Positions 48,796-63,714 of a stretch of DNA of 64,000 nucleotides are shown here, piece after piece; position 1 is the first letter of the stretch; the number at the start of each line of letters is the position of its first letter. This DNA comes from Eledone cirrhosa (taxonomy: Eukaryota). The notes under the pieces were generated by a model that saw only the letters and a list, made by a program, of their open reading frames with translations, was not told where the DNA came from and did no database searches. A program made the translations under genes and the position numbers. The DNA lies in assembly GCA_964016885.1 (NCBI GenBank), contig CAXHJY010001730.1, forward strand, positions 1 to 64,000, in the 5' to 3' direction.

Positions 48796-48985
48796 GGGCG
48801 GTGGATTGGCAGTATCGGTAGAGGGTCGGACGCCATGCTTTACAGCATAGTTACGTCCCTTTACGATCTGAGTTCAAATCCCGCCGAGGTTAACTTTGTC
48901 TTTCATCCTTACGGGGTCGATAAAATAAAGTACCAGTAATGCACTGGGTAATTTCTGGCCTTGTGCCTAAAGTAGAAACAATTAT
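48796..48985 (+). mobile_element. tRNA-derived SINE, near full length
   Basis: Head, B-box, core and AGTAGAAACAATTAT tail. Confidence 0.9.
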
Positions 48986-48992
48986 ATATATA

Positions 48993-49050
48993 TACGTGGG
49001 GTGCTGAAAGGTTCCTGGCTTTGAGTAAAAGAAAATACAGGAGGATCAGT
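48993..49050 (+). mobile_element. Possible solo mariner-type terminal inverted repeat
   Basis: TA-CGTGGGGTGCTGAAAGGTTCCTGGC resembles mariner TIR starts; no partner TIR found. Confidence 0.35.
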
Positions 49051-49083
49051 TTCGTCTGGACTGAGTGCTCTTACCAAACTTAT

Positions 49084-49150
<67 letters not shown>

Positions 49151-49154
<4 letters not shown>

Positions 49155-49503
49155 ATATACTTTCAAACGTTCATTCAACTGACAGGAAGATATACGGTGC
49201 TGATGACAGCTAATAAGCTAGAAACTAGTTCATAGTTCCTGTGTCAGTGTTGAACAAAATGGCAACGATGGTTGCCAAACACTGTACGACTAATAATTCG
49301 GGCTGTTTGTTTACAAACAAACCGAGCATTATAATAAATGTGCAGTAAACCCATACGTACATATATGTATATGTATATGTATACATGTATGTATGTATAT
49401 ACATACTACTGTACGTCTGTATACATATATGTATGTACATATACATACTTATATTTAAGTATCAGCCGTACTAAGAGTGAGAAATGAAATTTCATATTTT
49501 CCA
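49151..49503 (+). mobile_element. Family E element with hammerhead at 49197-49233
   Basis: GUG-CUGAUGA-C AGCU aaua AGCU A-GAA-ACUAGU-U-CAU; flanked by (TA)n. Confidence 0.8.
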
Positions 49504-49521
49504 TATATATATATATATATA

Positions 49522-50190
49522 TATTTCGTTTCTGAATTTGTTTAGCAAGATTCTTTATCTGAAAACGTGTGTTGAAACCGATATTGTTATACTTTGGTAG
49601 GGTCATGTTGCCAATAAGAAATACACGCACCAGTTGCTTTCACTTCAATTTATTATAAATTAAATTTATAAATTTAAGAATTTATAAATTTCCGGTTGGT
49701 TGGTTGGTTGGTTCCACAACCAGATGATTGTTCATATATTGTCAAAGTTCTTTCGTCACACATTCTGTGACCTCTTCAGTGACTGGGGATTCTTTTCTTT
49801 GTTTTTGTGCCTCTCCTTTGTTCTGCCCTACGCCATCTTGTAACATGTAAATAAACAAATAAATAAACAAATATAAACATACACAGACACCCGGATGTAA
49901 CTCATGCGCAAACTAAGCACACAACACACACAAAAACAAGATGGCGTAGGACAGAACAAAGGAGAGGCACAAAAACAAAGAAAAGAATCTCCAGTCACTG
50001 AAGAGGTCACAGAATGTGTGACGAAAGAACTTTGACAATATATGAACAATCATCTGGTTGTGGAACCAACCAACCAACCGGAAATTTATAAATTCCTAAA
50101 TTTATAAATTTAATTTATAATAAATTGAAGGAAAGCACTGGTGCGTGTGTTTCTTATTGGAAACATGACCCTCCCAAAGTATAACAATAT
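49522..50190. mobile_element. Family B fold-back element with two hammerheads (49741-49783 minus, 49994-50036 plus)
   Basis: About 260-bp arms 49581-49841 and 49936-50190, about 95-bp spacer; each arm has GUCA-CUGAAGA-G-GUCACA/UGUGAC-GAA-AGAACU-U-UGAC. Confidence 0.9.
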
Positions 50191-50202
50191 ATATATATAT
50201 AT

Positions 50203-50310
50203 ATAAATGCTCGGATTTACTACTTGGAATCTTTGAGCATATTCCACAGATAGTATGTCACATCATTCTGACATACTCAGACATGACATCCTTAATATAA
50301 TTTTGGTATA
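50203..50310 (+). repeat. Unclassified dispersed repeat (family G), second copy
   Basis: Reverse-homologous to 7745-7875. Confidence 0.55.
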
Positions 50311-50478
50311 AATATACATATAGATATATATATTTATATATATCCGTATTTCTATCTGATTTAATCAATATTATTAAAGGATTGCCGCCTCTCCTAGAGT
50401 GTGCGTGTGTGGATATATAAATATATATATATGTGTGTGGATATATAAATATATATATATATATGTGTGTGGATATAT

Positions 50479-50545
<67 letters not shown>

Positions 50546-50849
50546 CGTGCGTGCGTGTGTGTGTGTGCGTATATATTTATAGATGTCTGTGTGTTGATTT
50601 GATTGCAACGTTCTACAACTGTGGGGTGTGGTTGTAGTGTAAGGTTAATGAATGATGACTGTAATCACACGTGGTGGTTGTAGTTGTTGGGGTTGTGGTG
50701 GTGTTGTGGTGGCAGTTGTTAGGGTGGTGATGGTGTTGTGGTGGCAGTTGTTAGGGTGGTGGTGGTGTTGTGGTGGTGGCAGTTGTTAGGGTGGTGGTGG
50801 TGGTTGTGATTGTATTTGTTGTTGTTATCTGTCAGAGAGTGAACAGCTG

Positions 50850-51060
50850 TGTCCATTGACTCTTGTTTTCAACAGAGAGTGTCTGATTATATCCCATAAC
50901 CTAGCAGTTCGACACGCAAAACCCTACCACAGCTGAACTTATAATTACTGCTCTCGATATATATATACAACGAAATCCCTTCAAGGCAAAGTCTCAGTGC
51001 CACCGTGTCAGGAGAAGCAGTCTAATGACTGAAACAGGTGAGAGAGTAACAGTAAAAGAG
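50850..51060 (+). mobile_element. Degenerate second SINE family (3' part)
   Basis: CCCATAACCTAGCAGTTCG..CCCTTCAAGGC..GCAGTCTAATGACTGAAACAGGT resembles the octopus SINE tail as I recall it. Confidence 0.5.
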
Positions 51061-51250
51061 GGTGTGCTTCTGGATGGAAGGGCACGGCTAGAAGCCTATC
51101 TACCAAAGACAAGAATTGTTTGTGTCTGAGCCCCTGTGATAAACAGGTGAAACTCCAGAGAAACTAGATTCATTTTTTAGCCTTAATAAAATGAATATTA
51201 AAACTCTACTTCGGTATTGAGTATTTTCTTCTCTCAGCCGTCGACCATAT

Positions 51251-51286
<36 letters not shown>

Positions 51287-51432
51287 GTGTGTGTGTGTGT
51301 ATGCGTTCTCTATAAATTAAATCGATTAATATGTATTGAGTACTCTTTTAAATCTGAACTCCCATAGTTTTACAATAAGCAATACCACACACACATACTT
51401 ATATACTAACATACATACCAGTGTAAATTAAG

Positions 51433-51529
<97 letters not shown>

Positions 51530-51565
51530 TAATTATATATACATATTGAGAGAGAGAGAAATAGT

Positions 51566-51599
<34 letters not shown>

Positions 51600-51943
51600 A
51601 ATATACACACCGACACACACACACACACACGTGTGAGTGTATGTATGTGTATACATGTTTATATGTACATTAACATACATAGACACACACACATATGCAT
51701 ACATAGATAAGTAAAACTGGCAGCACATTTAAATACCTTTCATCTTTTAAAATATTCTCAAATACTAAACACAATTTTTAATATCTATAACAAAAACTGC
51801 AAATTACCAAAGCAAGGCAGAGACCGTAAATGAAAAACGGGGCGAAGAATTATTGTAAAATTTTAAATGAATGCAATTAAGTCTATTTCAGATTGTAAGA
51901 CTGTAAAAACGTGTCAAGGGATCATAAGCACTTCGCTTCAGAA

Positions 51944-51979
<36 letters not shown>

Positions 51980-52050
51980 CAAGGAGACAACACACAGAGG
52001 TACAAAAAGTCTTATTAGTTTCACATTTTATATGGAAAAGAGGAAGATAA

Positions 52051-52092
<42 letters not shown>

Positions 52093-52284
52093 ATAATGAT
52101 AAGTGTGGAGACTAAAATCCAAAGAGGACTTGATAAGGATAAATATATATCAAATATACAATAACCATAGAGCTGAAAATTAGTACCAGCAATAGATGGG
52201 GTTTAACCATACATACATACATACATACAGACATACATACATACATACATACAGACATACATACATACATACATACATACATAC

Positions 52285-52894
52285 ATGGTGGCTGCCAACT
52301 CGTTTTCGAGTACGGCCACTACTTTATATCTATGTAGGAGAACCCCTACTGATGCGCTGAACGAGTGTGACTTTTTAGTCCAACCAGCGACTTGAAAACT
52401 CGGGTACAAACACTAAACTTGTGACAATTATTGACACATAGTGTTGGGCCCATGGTACCATGTGACGACAAGTGCAGAGAGATCTCCAGATATAAAGCAA
52501 TGCCTGTGCCGTGAAGCTTTTATAGTGAGCAAAGGCATTGCACAAAGCCAGTCCCACTCTCTTAACCAAGATGATATTTACCAAAAAGAAGAACAAGTCA
52601 ACATCATTGGATACCATCAGGGTTGCAGGTGTTATATCAGAGTTTTCCTTCTCCTAGAATTCTGCCTTGACAAAGGCTAAGGGGTGATCTCTCCCGGTGA
52701 TTTTGGATGGCAATTGACTCTTAGGAGTGTCAGGTCACCAGTTGGTCCTACTGGTAACATGTTTCCCAGTACAACCTGTCTCATAGTCGGATCGTTGGCG
52801 ACTAAACTGGCAACCCCACCAAGGTTTCTTGGTGAGGAGGGTGACTTTGGACATCCTGTAGGACTAAAAACAAAACCTGTCAAAGGGCAAAGGA
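52285..52894 (-). mobile_element. About 610-bp element, copy 3, with the 5' ~165 bp inverted
   Basis: 52285-52727 is the reverse complement of element positions ~167-610; 52729-52894 is positions 1-~165 forward; (CATA)n on both sides. Confidence 0.85.
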
Positions 52895-52950
52895 ACATAC
52901 ATACATACATTCATACATACATACATACATACAAATATATGTCTTTCTCT

Positions 52951-53120
52951 AGGGCGATGGATTGGCAGAATCGGTAGAGAGTCGAGAGCCATGCTTTTCG
53001 GTCTGAGTTCAAATCCTGCCGAGGTTAACTTTGCCTTTCATCCTAAAGGGGTTGATAAAATAAAGTACCAGCAATGCACTGGGTAATTGCTGGCCTTGTG
53101 CCAAAAGTAGAAACAATTAA
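52951..53120 (+). mobile_element. tRNA-derived SINE
   Basis: Same family, internal deletion in the head. Confidence 0.85.
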
Positions 53121-54021
53121 TTCATTACAAAATTAATAACTTAACATACGCTTCTTACATAAATCTGTGTAGAAAGATATTAAGTACGAACTCTCTAAAA
53201 TGGGTTGTTTTATTTCCTAGAACCATAGCTGGCAATAAAAGCCTTAATGAATAATTTTGAGGTTTTTACTAAATTTATTAATTATTTCATTACAAAGAAA
53301 GTAAATTCACACATCGTTTTTACATAAATTTATGTTGGAAGATTTTAACTTAAATAGGAACCCTGTAAAATGAGTAGCTTCGTTTCGTTTCATAGATCCT
53401 GAGTGATTCTGTATTGGATTGGTATGGAAAGCGGTAATACTGGAATAATTCTTGGTTTCAAAGACATTTAATTTGTTTAATTTCTGTGAGGAATGACAAG
53501 TAAAAGTGATCCTGAAGGACTGCCATTAACGGAAATACAGTTTTATTATATTCAGGGCGTTACCATAAGAGAGCGTTAAGGATGAGGGCAATCAGAAATA
53601 TACACACAGATATCCACATTCTCATGTATGTATATATGTGTGTATATATATATGTGTGTGTGTGTGTCAGTGTACTTATATATATATATATATATATATA
53701 TATCATATATTTGAGGGTGCGTGTATGACTATGTGCATATGCATGTATGCGTACGTGTATATATGTGTATAAACATGTGTGTGTGTGTGTATGTGTGTGA
53801 GTAGCATACGTTTAATACCCAGCTAATTGCAGTAATGAAAAAAAAAACACGATATCAATCATGATCGATAGATCCGCCATATAATTATTGATTTTTTTTT
53901 TCCAAGGTAGAAGTTTTACGAGTTCCTATCACCACCATCATTGTGATAATCATCATTTTTATTATCACCATCATCATCATTAGCATTATCATCATCATCA
54001 TTACCATTATTATCATTTTTA

Positions 54022-54215
54022 AGGCGGTGGATTGGCAGTATCGGTAGAGGGTCGGACGCCATGCTTTGCAGCATAGAGTTACGGCTCTTTATGGTCTGAG
54101 TTCAAATCCCGCCAAGGTTAACTTTGCCTTTCATCCTTACGGGGTCGATAAAATAAAGTACCAGTAATGTACTGGGTAATTGCTGGCCTTGTGCCAAAAG
54201 TAGAAACAATTATTA
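54022..54215 (+). mobile_element. tRNA-derived SINE inserted in an (ATC/ATT)n tract
   Basis: Full head, core and tail. Confidence 0.9.
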
Positions 54216-54432
54216 TCATTGTTATCATCATCATCATCGTCGAAGCTGTCATTATCACTATCAATCACACCATTTCGATAGTCATTATTTTTATCGACAT
54301 CATCATCGTCATCGTAATTAACATCATTATCGTCATAATCATCAAAATCATCATCATCGTCGCCAAAGCTGTCGTTATCACTATCACCACCATTATCAGT
54401 CAACATCATAGATCATAGATTTTTGTGTAGAT

Positions 54433-54480
<48 letters not shown>

Positions 54481-54741
54481 CCTTTACCAATGTACACATA
54501 CATGCGCATACAAACATACACGCATACATACACACACTTGCATATATATAAGTATATATATATATACATAAATATATGTATATACTTATATGTATATATA
54601 CATATATATATACATATATATACACATATGTATATACAAATATATACACACACATATATATATACATACACATATATATACATATACTTATGTATACATA
54701 TATATACATTTATATACACCTATATATATATATATTTATAT

Positions 54742-55095
54742 ATGGAACAAATCAAACGGCAAGCTACAAAGATTTCACATTTTAAACGCTCTCCACTCAT
54801 CCATTAGTTTCACAGTGGAAGCCAGTGAGAATGAACTACCAAATGTGGACATCCCCATAAAATTATGTAACTCTAGTATTATAACAAACACAAAAACACA
54901 ATCATAAACTACAAGCACACACGTATACACACACACACACCAATAGTTGAATTTTTCTTCGTGTCACCACTCACACCCCAAATGAAACATTCCATGGCAA
55001 GCAAGAGAAATAGACGCAATGCTGATGAATCCAGAACAAAGCTGAATTTATCTTGAGGAACTTTTTGATGTTTTCCTGAGCAACAAATATCTTCT
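54742..55095 (+). pseudogene. Penelope-like element reverse transcriptase fragment (end of RT core plus thumb)
   Basis: [39 protein letters not shown] (cf. LN..HP.I.FT.E....LPFLD..I), then LNFSSCHHSHPK*NIPW..LEEL...NKY (cf. L.F.SCHP.H.K.NIP). Confidence 0.75.
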
Positions 55096-55104
55096 TTTCC
55101 TTCG

Positions 55105-55280
55105 TGGCAGAGAATTACAACCCGTTACGTTCTGGGTTCAAATCCCACTGAAGTTAGCTTTGTCTTTCATCCTTACGGTGTCGATAAAATAAAGTACCAG
55201 TAAAGTACTGGGGTTGATTTAATCAACTTTCCGCTCCCTAAATATTACTGGACTTGTGCCTAAATCAGAAATCATTATTT
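55105..55280 (+). mobile_element. tRNA-derived SINE (long-tail variant)
   Basis: B-box GGTTCAAATCCC, core, GGGGTTGATTTAATCAACT segment as in copy 1. Confidence 0.8.
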
Positions 55281-55444
55281 TTTTCTTACTTATTAGCATT
55301 GGAATACAGCTGAAAGTCTGGGGCACTTTAAAACTACTTTAAAACTACATCGTAGCGACTTTAAAACTAAAAATCGGTAGATTTTATTGTAAACCCTCAT
55401 CGTTGGTTTCTATATTGACGTCTAAATAATTGGCCTTATTTGCC

Positions 55445-55915
55445 AAAAGGCCAGACGGTATGACCATCTTCCCGTTCTGCGGTGGGAAACCCCTCGTCTG
55501 GGATGCCACTTGCAGCGGCACTTTCTCCAGCTGTAACCTGGTGCAGTCTGCGACTAACCCAGGTACTGCTGCATGTCAGGCTGAGGAGGCCAAACTCTCC
55601 AAGTACTGCTCGCTCTGCGATATGTTTGCGGTCGTGCCCTTGGCATTGGAGACTTCTGGTATCCTTGGCTCTAGGGTTACCCCCCACAACTCACCACCAT
55701 AGGCGCTGAGCTGGCCAGCCGCAGGTGTGAGCCTCGCGAGTTGGAATTGGTTCTTCCAGCGCATCTCCCTTACCACCCTCCGAGGAAACGCACCTTCTCC
55801 ATTCTGTCAGGGCTGTTGGGAGGCCAGCACGTGGGACCCCATTTGCTCACCATACAGAGAGAGGGCGAGAGAGATGGGAGCGATGCCGGTGGGAGTTCGG
55901 CTCTTGCGTGTTCAG
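55445..55915 (+). pseudogene. CRE-clade retrotransposon 3' fragment (RLE domain)
   Basis: KRPDGMTIFPFCGGKPLVWDATCSGTF..AEEAKLSKY..VPLALETSG..FQRISLTTLRGNA. Confidence 0.85.
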
Positions 55916-56749
55916 ACACATTGCACGTGTCAAGAATGTATTTTCATATTTACACATCTTCCTGTTTATTGTCACACACATACACACAGAGTGATAGATA
56001 GATACATGTACGTATGTATATATATATATATATATATGTATGAACCTATAGATATATGCATACATATATATATGTGTGTGTGTGATATATATACTGTATA
56101 TACATATTGTGTGTGTCTGTGTGTGCATGTGTGTGTGTACACGTGTGTGTGTAAGCACGAAATAAGTAAAAGATGTATTTATTTATCCACAATTTATCCT
56201 ATTTATCCTCTCCTAATGTCTAATATCAACTGAAGGTCTTGTACTGTGTAATATATAATGCCATCTCCTTACCTCTCATTCTATACCCCCCCCCCCTTTA
56301 TCACTGTCATTCTCTCTCCCTCTCAATCACTTTGTCAATCTCTCTGCTCCTTTCTCGTTCTCTCTCGCCTTCTCTAGATCTTTTAAAAACACTACTTAAA
56401 CAGCTCAGCTCACGCTGGCCTTTACTTCGGCGACTAAGCACCTTCTCAAAGGCAAAAAGCTAACGTAAATGGATATGAAACAGCAATCGCCTTTAAACCT
56501 ATAGATATTTTCTTTCTCTGACAGATTAGCTGGGGCGAATAACATCGTAAAGGCGACTTATATAGGAGCTATTAATGTAATAAGTACATATATATATGAA
56601 TTGTTAATAAATGTTAGCAAATATACAATACATTGAAAATATTCCAAACACTAAATATTAAAATAAATATACATAAAATATTAAAATACCAGATACGTGC
56701 AAATAATGTATGGCTGAACCAATATATGTGGCAACTAGTATATATATTT

Positions 56750-56934
56750 ATATATATATATACATATGTATACATATATTTTATATATGTATACATATAT
56801 CGTATATATGTATAGTATATCGTATATATGTATAGTATATATATATATACATATGTATACATATATCCTATATATGTATAGTATATATATATACATATGT
56901 ATATATATATATACATATATCCCATATATGTATA

Positions 56935-56973
<39 letters not shown>

Positions 56974-56988
56974 TCCCATATATGTATA

Positions 56989-57029
<41 letters not shown>

Positions 57030-58058
57030 TCCTATATATGTATAGTATATATATATACATATGTATACATATATCCCATATATGTATAGTATATATATAT
57101 ATATATACATAAATCCTATATATGTATAGTATATATATATACATATGTATACATATATCCCATATATGTATAGTATATATATATATATATATACATATGT
57201 ATACATATATCCCATATATGTATAGTATATATATATACATATGTATACATATATCCCATATATGTATAGTATATATATATATATATACATATGTATACAT
57301 ATATCCCATATATGTATAGTATATATATATATATATATACATATGTATACATATATCTTATAAATATATATATGTATATACATATATTATATATATACAT
57401 ATATAATATATATATATACATATATAATATCATATATATATATACAAACATTATAAATATATATATATATACATATATGATATATATATATACATATATA
57501 ATATCATATATATATATACAAATATTATATATACATATATATACATATATATAATATATATATATATATATACAAATATTATATATACATATACACCTAT
57601 ACAATATATATATATAAATATATATTACATATATATATACACATATACAATATTATATATATATTATATAATATTATATATATACATATACATATATAAT
57701 ATATATATATATATACACATATATAATATTATATACACATATATATATATAATATATATATATACACATATATAATATTATATATATATACACATAATAT
57801 TATATATATATACACATATATAATATATATATATACACATATATAATATTATATATATAATATTATATATGTGTATATATAATAATATATATATAATAAT
57901 AATATATATATATATATAATAATATATATATATAATATTATATATGTGTATATATAATAATATATATATATATATATAATAATATATATATACATATAAT
58001 AATATATATATACATATATAATAATATAGATACATATATATTAATATATATATACATA
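56750..58058. repeat. TA-rich array including CATATATCCCATATATGTATAG units
   Basis: Direct inspection. Confidence 0.9.
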
Positions 58059-58059
58059 A

Positions 58060-58220
58060 TAATTGTTTCTACTTTTGGCACAAGGCCAGCAATTAACCAG
58101 TGCATTACTGGTACTTTATTTTATCGACCCCGTAAGGATGAACGGCAAAGTCAACCTCGGCGGGATTTGAACTAAGATCGTTAAGGGACCCTCTACCGAT
58201 ACTGCCAATCCACCGCCTTA
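58060..58220 (-). mobile_element. tRNA-derived SINE
   Basis: Reverse complement of the 48796/54022 copies with a head deletion. Confidence 0.9.
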
Positions 58221-58884
58221 TATACATATATAATATATACATATATAATATATACATATAGTAATATATATATATATATATATACATACATATATATACA
58301 TAGATAATAATATATATATATATACATACATATATATACATAGATAATAATATATATATATACATACATATATATACATAGATAATAATATATATATATA
58401 TATACATACATATATATACATAGATAATAATATATATATATATATGCATACATATATATACATAGATAATAATATATATATATATATACATACATATATA
58501 TACATAGATAATAATATATATATATATATACATACATATATATACAAAGATAATAATATATATATATATATATATACATACATATATATACATAGATAAT
58601 AATATATATATATACATACATATATATACATATATAATAATACATATATATATACATACATATATATACATATATAATAATATATATATATATACATACA
58701 TATATATACATATATAATATATATATATATACATACATATATATACATATATAATAATATATATATACATATATAATAATATATATATATACATACATAT
58801 ATATACATATATAATAATATATATATACATATATAATAATATATATATATACATACATATATATACATATATAATAATATATAT

Positions 58885-58932
<48 letters not shown>

Positions 58933-59920
58933 TAATAATATATATATATATATACATACATATATATACATATATAATAATATATATATATATATACATA
59001 CATATATATATATAATAATATATATATATATACATACATATATATACATATATAATAATATATATATATATACATATATATACATATATAATAATATATA
59101 TATATACATATATATACATATATAATAATATATATATATACATATATATACATATATAATAATATATATATACATATATAATAATATATATATATATACA
59201 TACATATATATATACATATATAATAATATATATATACATATATAATATATATATATACATATATAATAATATATATATATATACATACATATATATATAT
59301 ATACATACATATATATACATATATAATTATATATATATATATACATACATATATATACATATATAATTATATATATATATATATACATACATATATATAC
59401 ATATATAATTATATATATATATATATACATACATATATATACATATATAATAATATATATATATACATACATATATATACATATATAATAATATATATAT
59501 ACATACATATATATACATATATAATAATATATATATATACATACATATATATACATATATAATAATATATATATATACATACATATATATACATATATAA
59601 TAATATATATATATACATACATATATATACATATATAATAATATATATATATACATACATATATATACATATATAATAATATATATATATATACATACAT
59701 ATATATACATATATAATAATATATATATATACATATATATATATACATATATAATAATATATATACATACATATATATATATACATACATATATATATAT
59801 ACATATATAATAATATATATACATACATATATAATAATATATATACATACATATATAATAATATATATACATACATATATAATAATATATATACATACAT
59901 ATATAATAATATATATATAC

Positions 59921-59971
<51 letters not shown>

Positions 59972-60510
59972 CATATATAATAATATATATATATACATAT
60001 ATATACATACATATATATACATATATAATAATATATATATATACATACATATATATACATATATAAGAACATATATATACATATATAAGAACATATATAT
60101 ATACATACATATATATATACATACATATACATACATATATATACATATATAATAATATATATATATACATACATATATATACATATATAATAATATATAT
60201 ATACATACATATATATACATATATAATAAATATATATATACATATACCCATATATAATAAATATATATATACATACATATACATATATAATAATATATAT
60301 ATATACATACATAATATATATATATACATAACAATATATATATATATACATACATATATACATATACATACATATATATACATATATACATATACATACA
60401 TATATATACATATATAATATATATATATATACATACATATATATACATATATAATATATATATATATACATACATATATATACATATATAATATATATAT
60501 ATATACCTAC

Positions 60511-60547
<37 letters not shown>
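58221..60547. repeat. TA-rich array with TACATACA and TAATAA motifs
   Basis: Direct inspection. Confidence 0.95.
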
Positions 60548-60553
<6 letters not shown>

Positions 60554-60993
60554 TATGTATACGCACATACATATATGTATACAGACGTACAGTAGTATGT
60601 ATATATATATATATATATATATACATGCACACATATATATAAGTACGTATGGATTCACCGAACATTTATTATAATGCTCGGTGTGTTTGTAAACACACAT
60701 CCCGAATTAAGCCGTACAGTGTCTAGCAACCATCGTTGCTCATTTGTTCAAACCTGACAAAGGAACGCCGTACTAGTTTCAAGCTTATTAGCTATCGTCA
60801 GCAACGTATACCTTCCTGCCAGATGATTGAACGTCTGAAAGTATATACTTTCCTTATGCATATTAACGGCTAAGCAGCCTAATTTGCATATCGAGTGAGT
60901 TAATCGGCCGGGGTACCGAATATATATATATACATACTACTGTACGTCTGTATACATATATGTATGTACGTATACATACTTATATTTAAGTAA
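60548..60993. mobile_element. Family E fold-back element with hammerhead at 60766-60806 (minus)
   Basis: About 60-bp inverted ends (60548-60610, 60920-60984); CGUUG-CUGACGA-U AGCU aaua AGCU U-GAA-ACUAGU-A-CGGCG. Confidence 0.85.
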
Positions 60994-60994
60994 C

Positions 60995-61979
60995 TTATGT
61001 ATATATGTATATATATATATATATATACATATGTACATATATAATATATATATATACATATATACATATACATATATAATATATATATATACATATATAC
61101 ATATACATATATAATATATATATACATATATAATATATATATACATATATAATATATATATATATACATATATAATATATATATATACACATATATAATA
61201 TATATATACATATATAATATATATATATACACATATATAATATATATATATACATATATAATATATATATATACATATATAATATATATATATACATATA
61301 TAATATATATATATATATATACATATATAATATATATATATATATATACATATATAATATATATATATATATATACATATATAATATATATATATATATA
61401 CATATATAATATATATATATACATATATAATATATACATATATAATATATATATACATATATAATATATATATATATAATATATATATACATATATAATA
61501 TATATATACATATATAATATATATATATATATACATATATATATACATATATATATACATATATATACATATATATATATACATATATATACATATATAT
61601 ATACATATATATATACATATATAATATATATATACATATATAATATATATATACATATATAATATATATATATATATACATATATAATATATATATATAT
61701 ATACATATATAATATATATATATACATATATAATATATATATATATATATATATACATATATAATATATATATATATATATATATACATATATAATATAT
61801 ATATATATATATATACATATATAATATATATATATATACATATATAATATATATATATATATATATATACATATATAATATATATATATATATACATATA
61901 TAATATATATACATATATAATATACATATATAATATATATATACATACATATATACATATATAATATATATATATATAT

Positions 61980-62013
<34 letters not shown>

Positions 62014-63332
62014 CATATATAATATATATATATATATATACATATATAATATATATATATATATACATATATAATATATATATATATATATACATATATA
62101 ATATATATATATATATACATATATAATATATATATATATATACATATATAATATATATATATATACATATATAATATATATATACATACATATATAATAT
62201 ATATATATATATATACACATATATAATATATATATATATATACATATATAATATATATATATATATACATATATAATATATATATATATATACATATATA
62301 ATATATATATATACATACATATATACATATACAATATATACATATATAATATATATACATATTTTTTATATATATATATATACATATATAATATATATAT
62401 ATACATATACATATATATACATATACATATATATATACATATACATATATATATACATATACATATATATATACATATACATATATAATATATACATATA
62501 TTATATATATATATACATATATAATATATATACATATATTATATATATATATATACATATATAATATATATACATATATTATATATATATATATATATAC
62601 ATATATAATATATATATATATATATACATATATAATATATATATATATATATACATATATAATATATATATATATACATATATAATATATATATATATAT
62701 ACATATATAATATATATATATATACATATATAATATATATATATATATACATATAAATATATATATATATATACATATACAATATATAATATATACATAT
62801 ATAATATATATATATAAACATATAATATATATATATACAAATATAATATATATACATATATATATATATATACATATATAATATATATATATACATATAT
62901 AATATATATATATACATATATAATATATATATATACATATATAATATATATATACATATATAATATATATATATATACATATATAATATATATATATATA
63001 CATATATAATATATATATATATACATATATAATATATATATATATACATATATAATATATATATATATACATATATTATATATATATATATACATATATA
63101 ATATATATATATATATACATATATAATATATATATATATACATATAATATATATATATACATATATAATATATATATATATACATATAATATATATATAT
63201 ACATATATAATATATATATATATACATATAAAATATATATATATACACATAATATATATATATACATATATAATATTATATATATATATAAATACATATA
63301 TAATAGTATATATATATATATCAATACATATA

Positions 63333-63369
<37 letters not shown>

Positions 63370-63390
63370 GTATATTATATATATACAAGA
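60995..63390. repeat. (TA)n-CATATATAA array
   Basis: Direct inspection. Confidence 0.95.
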
Positions 63391-63714
63391 TATATACATG
63401 TGTGTATGTATAACACGAAAGACAATCGAAAATTGTCTCCATCAATTTAGTAGTACCAATTTTGTTTTATATCCATATATAATATTATATATATATATGT
63501 GTGTGTGTGTGTGTGATGAAACACAATTGAAAGTTATCAACAACTGGGTTTTTCAAATATATATTTTTCATTAAAAAAATATACATCTAACAATTTGTGA
63601 ATTGTGAGGAGGGGTTTCCTTTCATATATTTCATCACCTTTCTAAAACAATCGCCAGCTACCTTTCACGAAGATAAAACAATGGAAGGCTCCAATATTGT
63701 TTTTAAAAACTTAC

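Noticed and set aside
49581-50190. MITE / DNA transposon interpretation of the long inverted repeats
   Set aside because: Arms are asymmetric, occur as solo copies, carry hammerheads and have variable centres between copies, which fits retro-inserted inverted pLTRs better than TIRs.
53119-53390. Old ~165-bp-period imperfect duplication
   Set aside because: Only two diverged AT-rich copies with no structure or coding signal.
53505-53545. CTGAAGGA...GGAAATACAGT
   Set aside because: Core deviates at A9 and stems I and III do not form.
55022-55028. CTGATGA inside the Penelope RT fragment
   Set aside because: No downstream stem II/GAAA; chance match in coding sequence.
56378-56546. Possible plus-strand exons after pyrimidine tracts
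   Set aside because: Donor sites are weak, one frame stops, and there is no recognisable homology.
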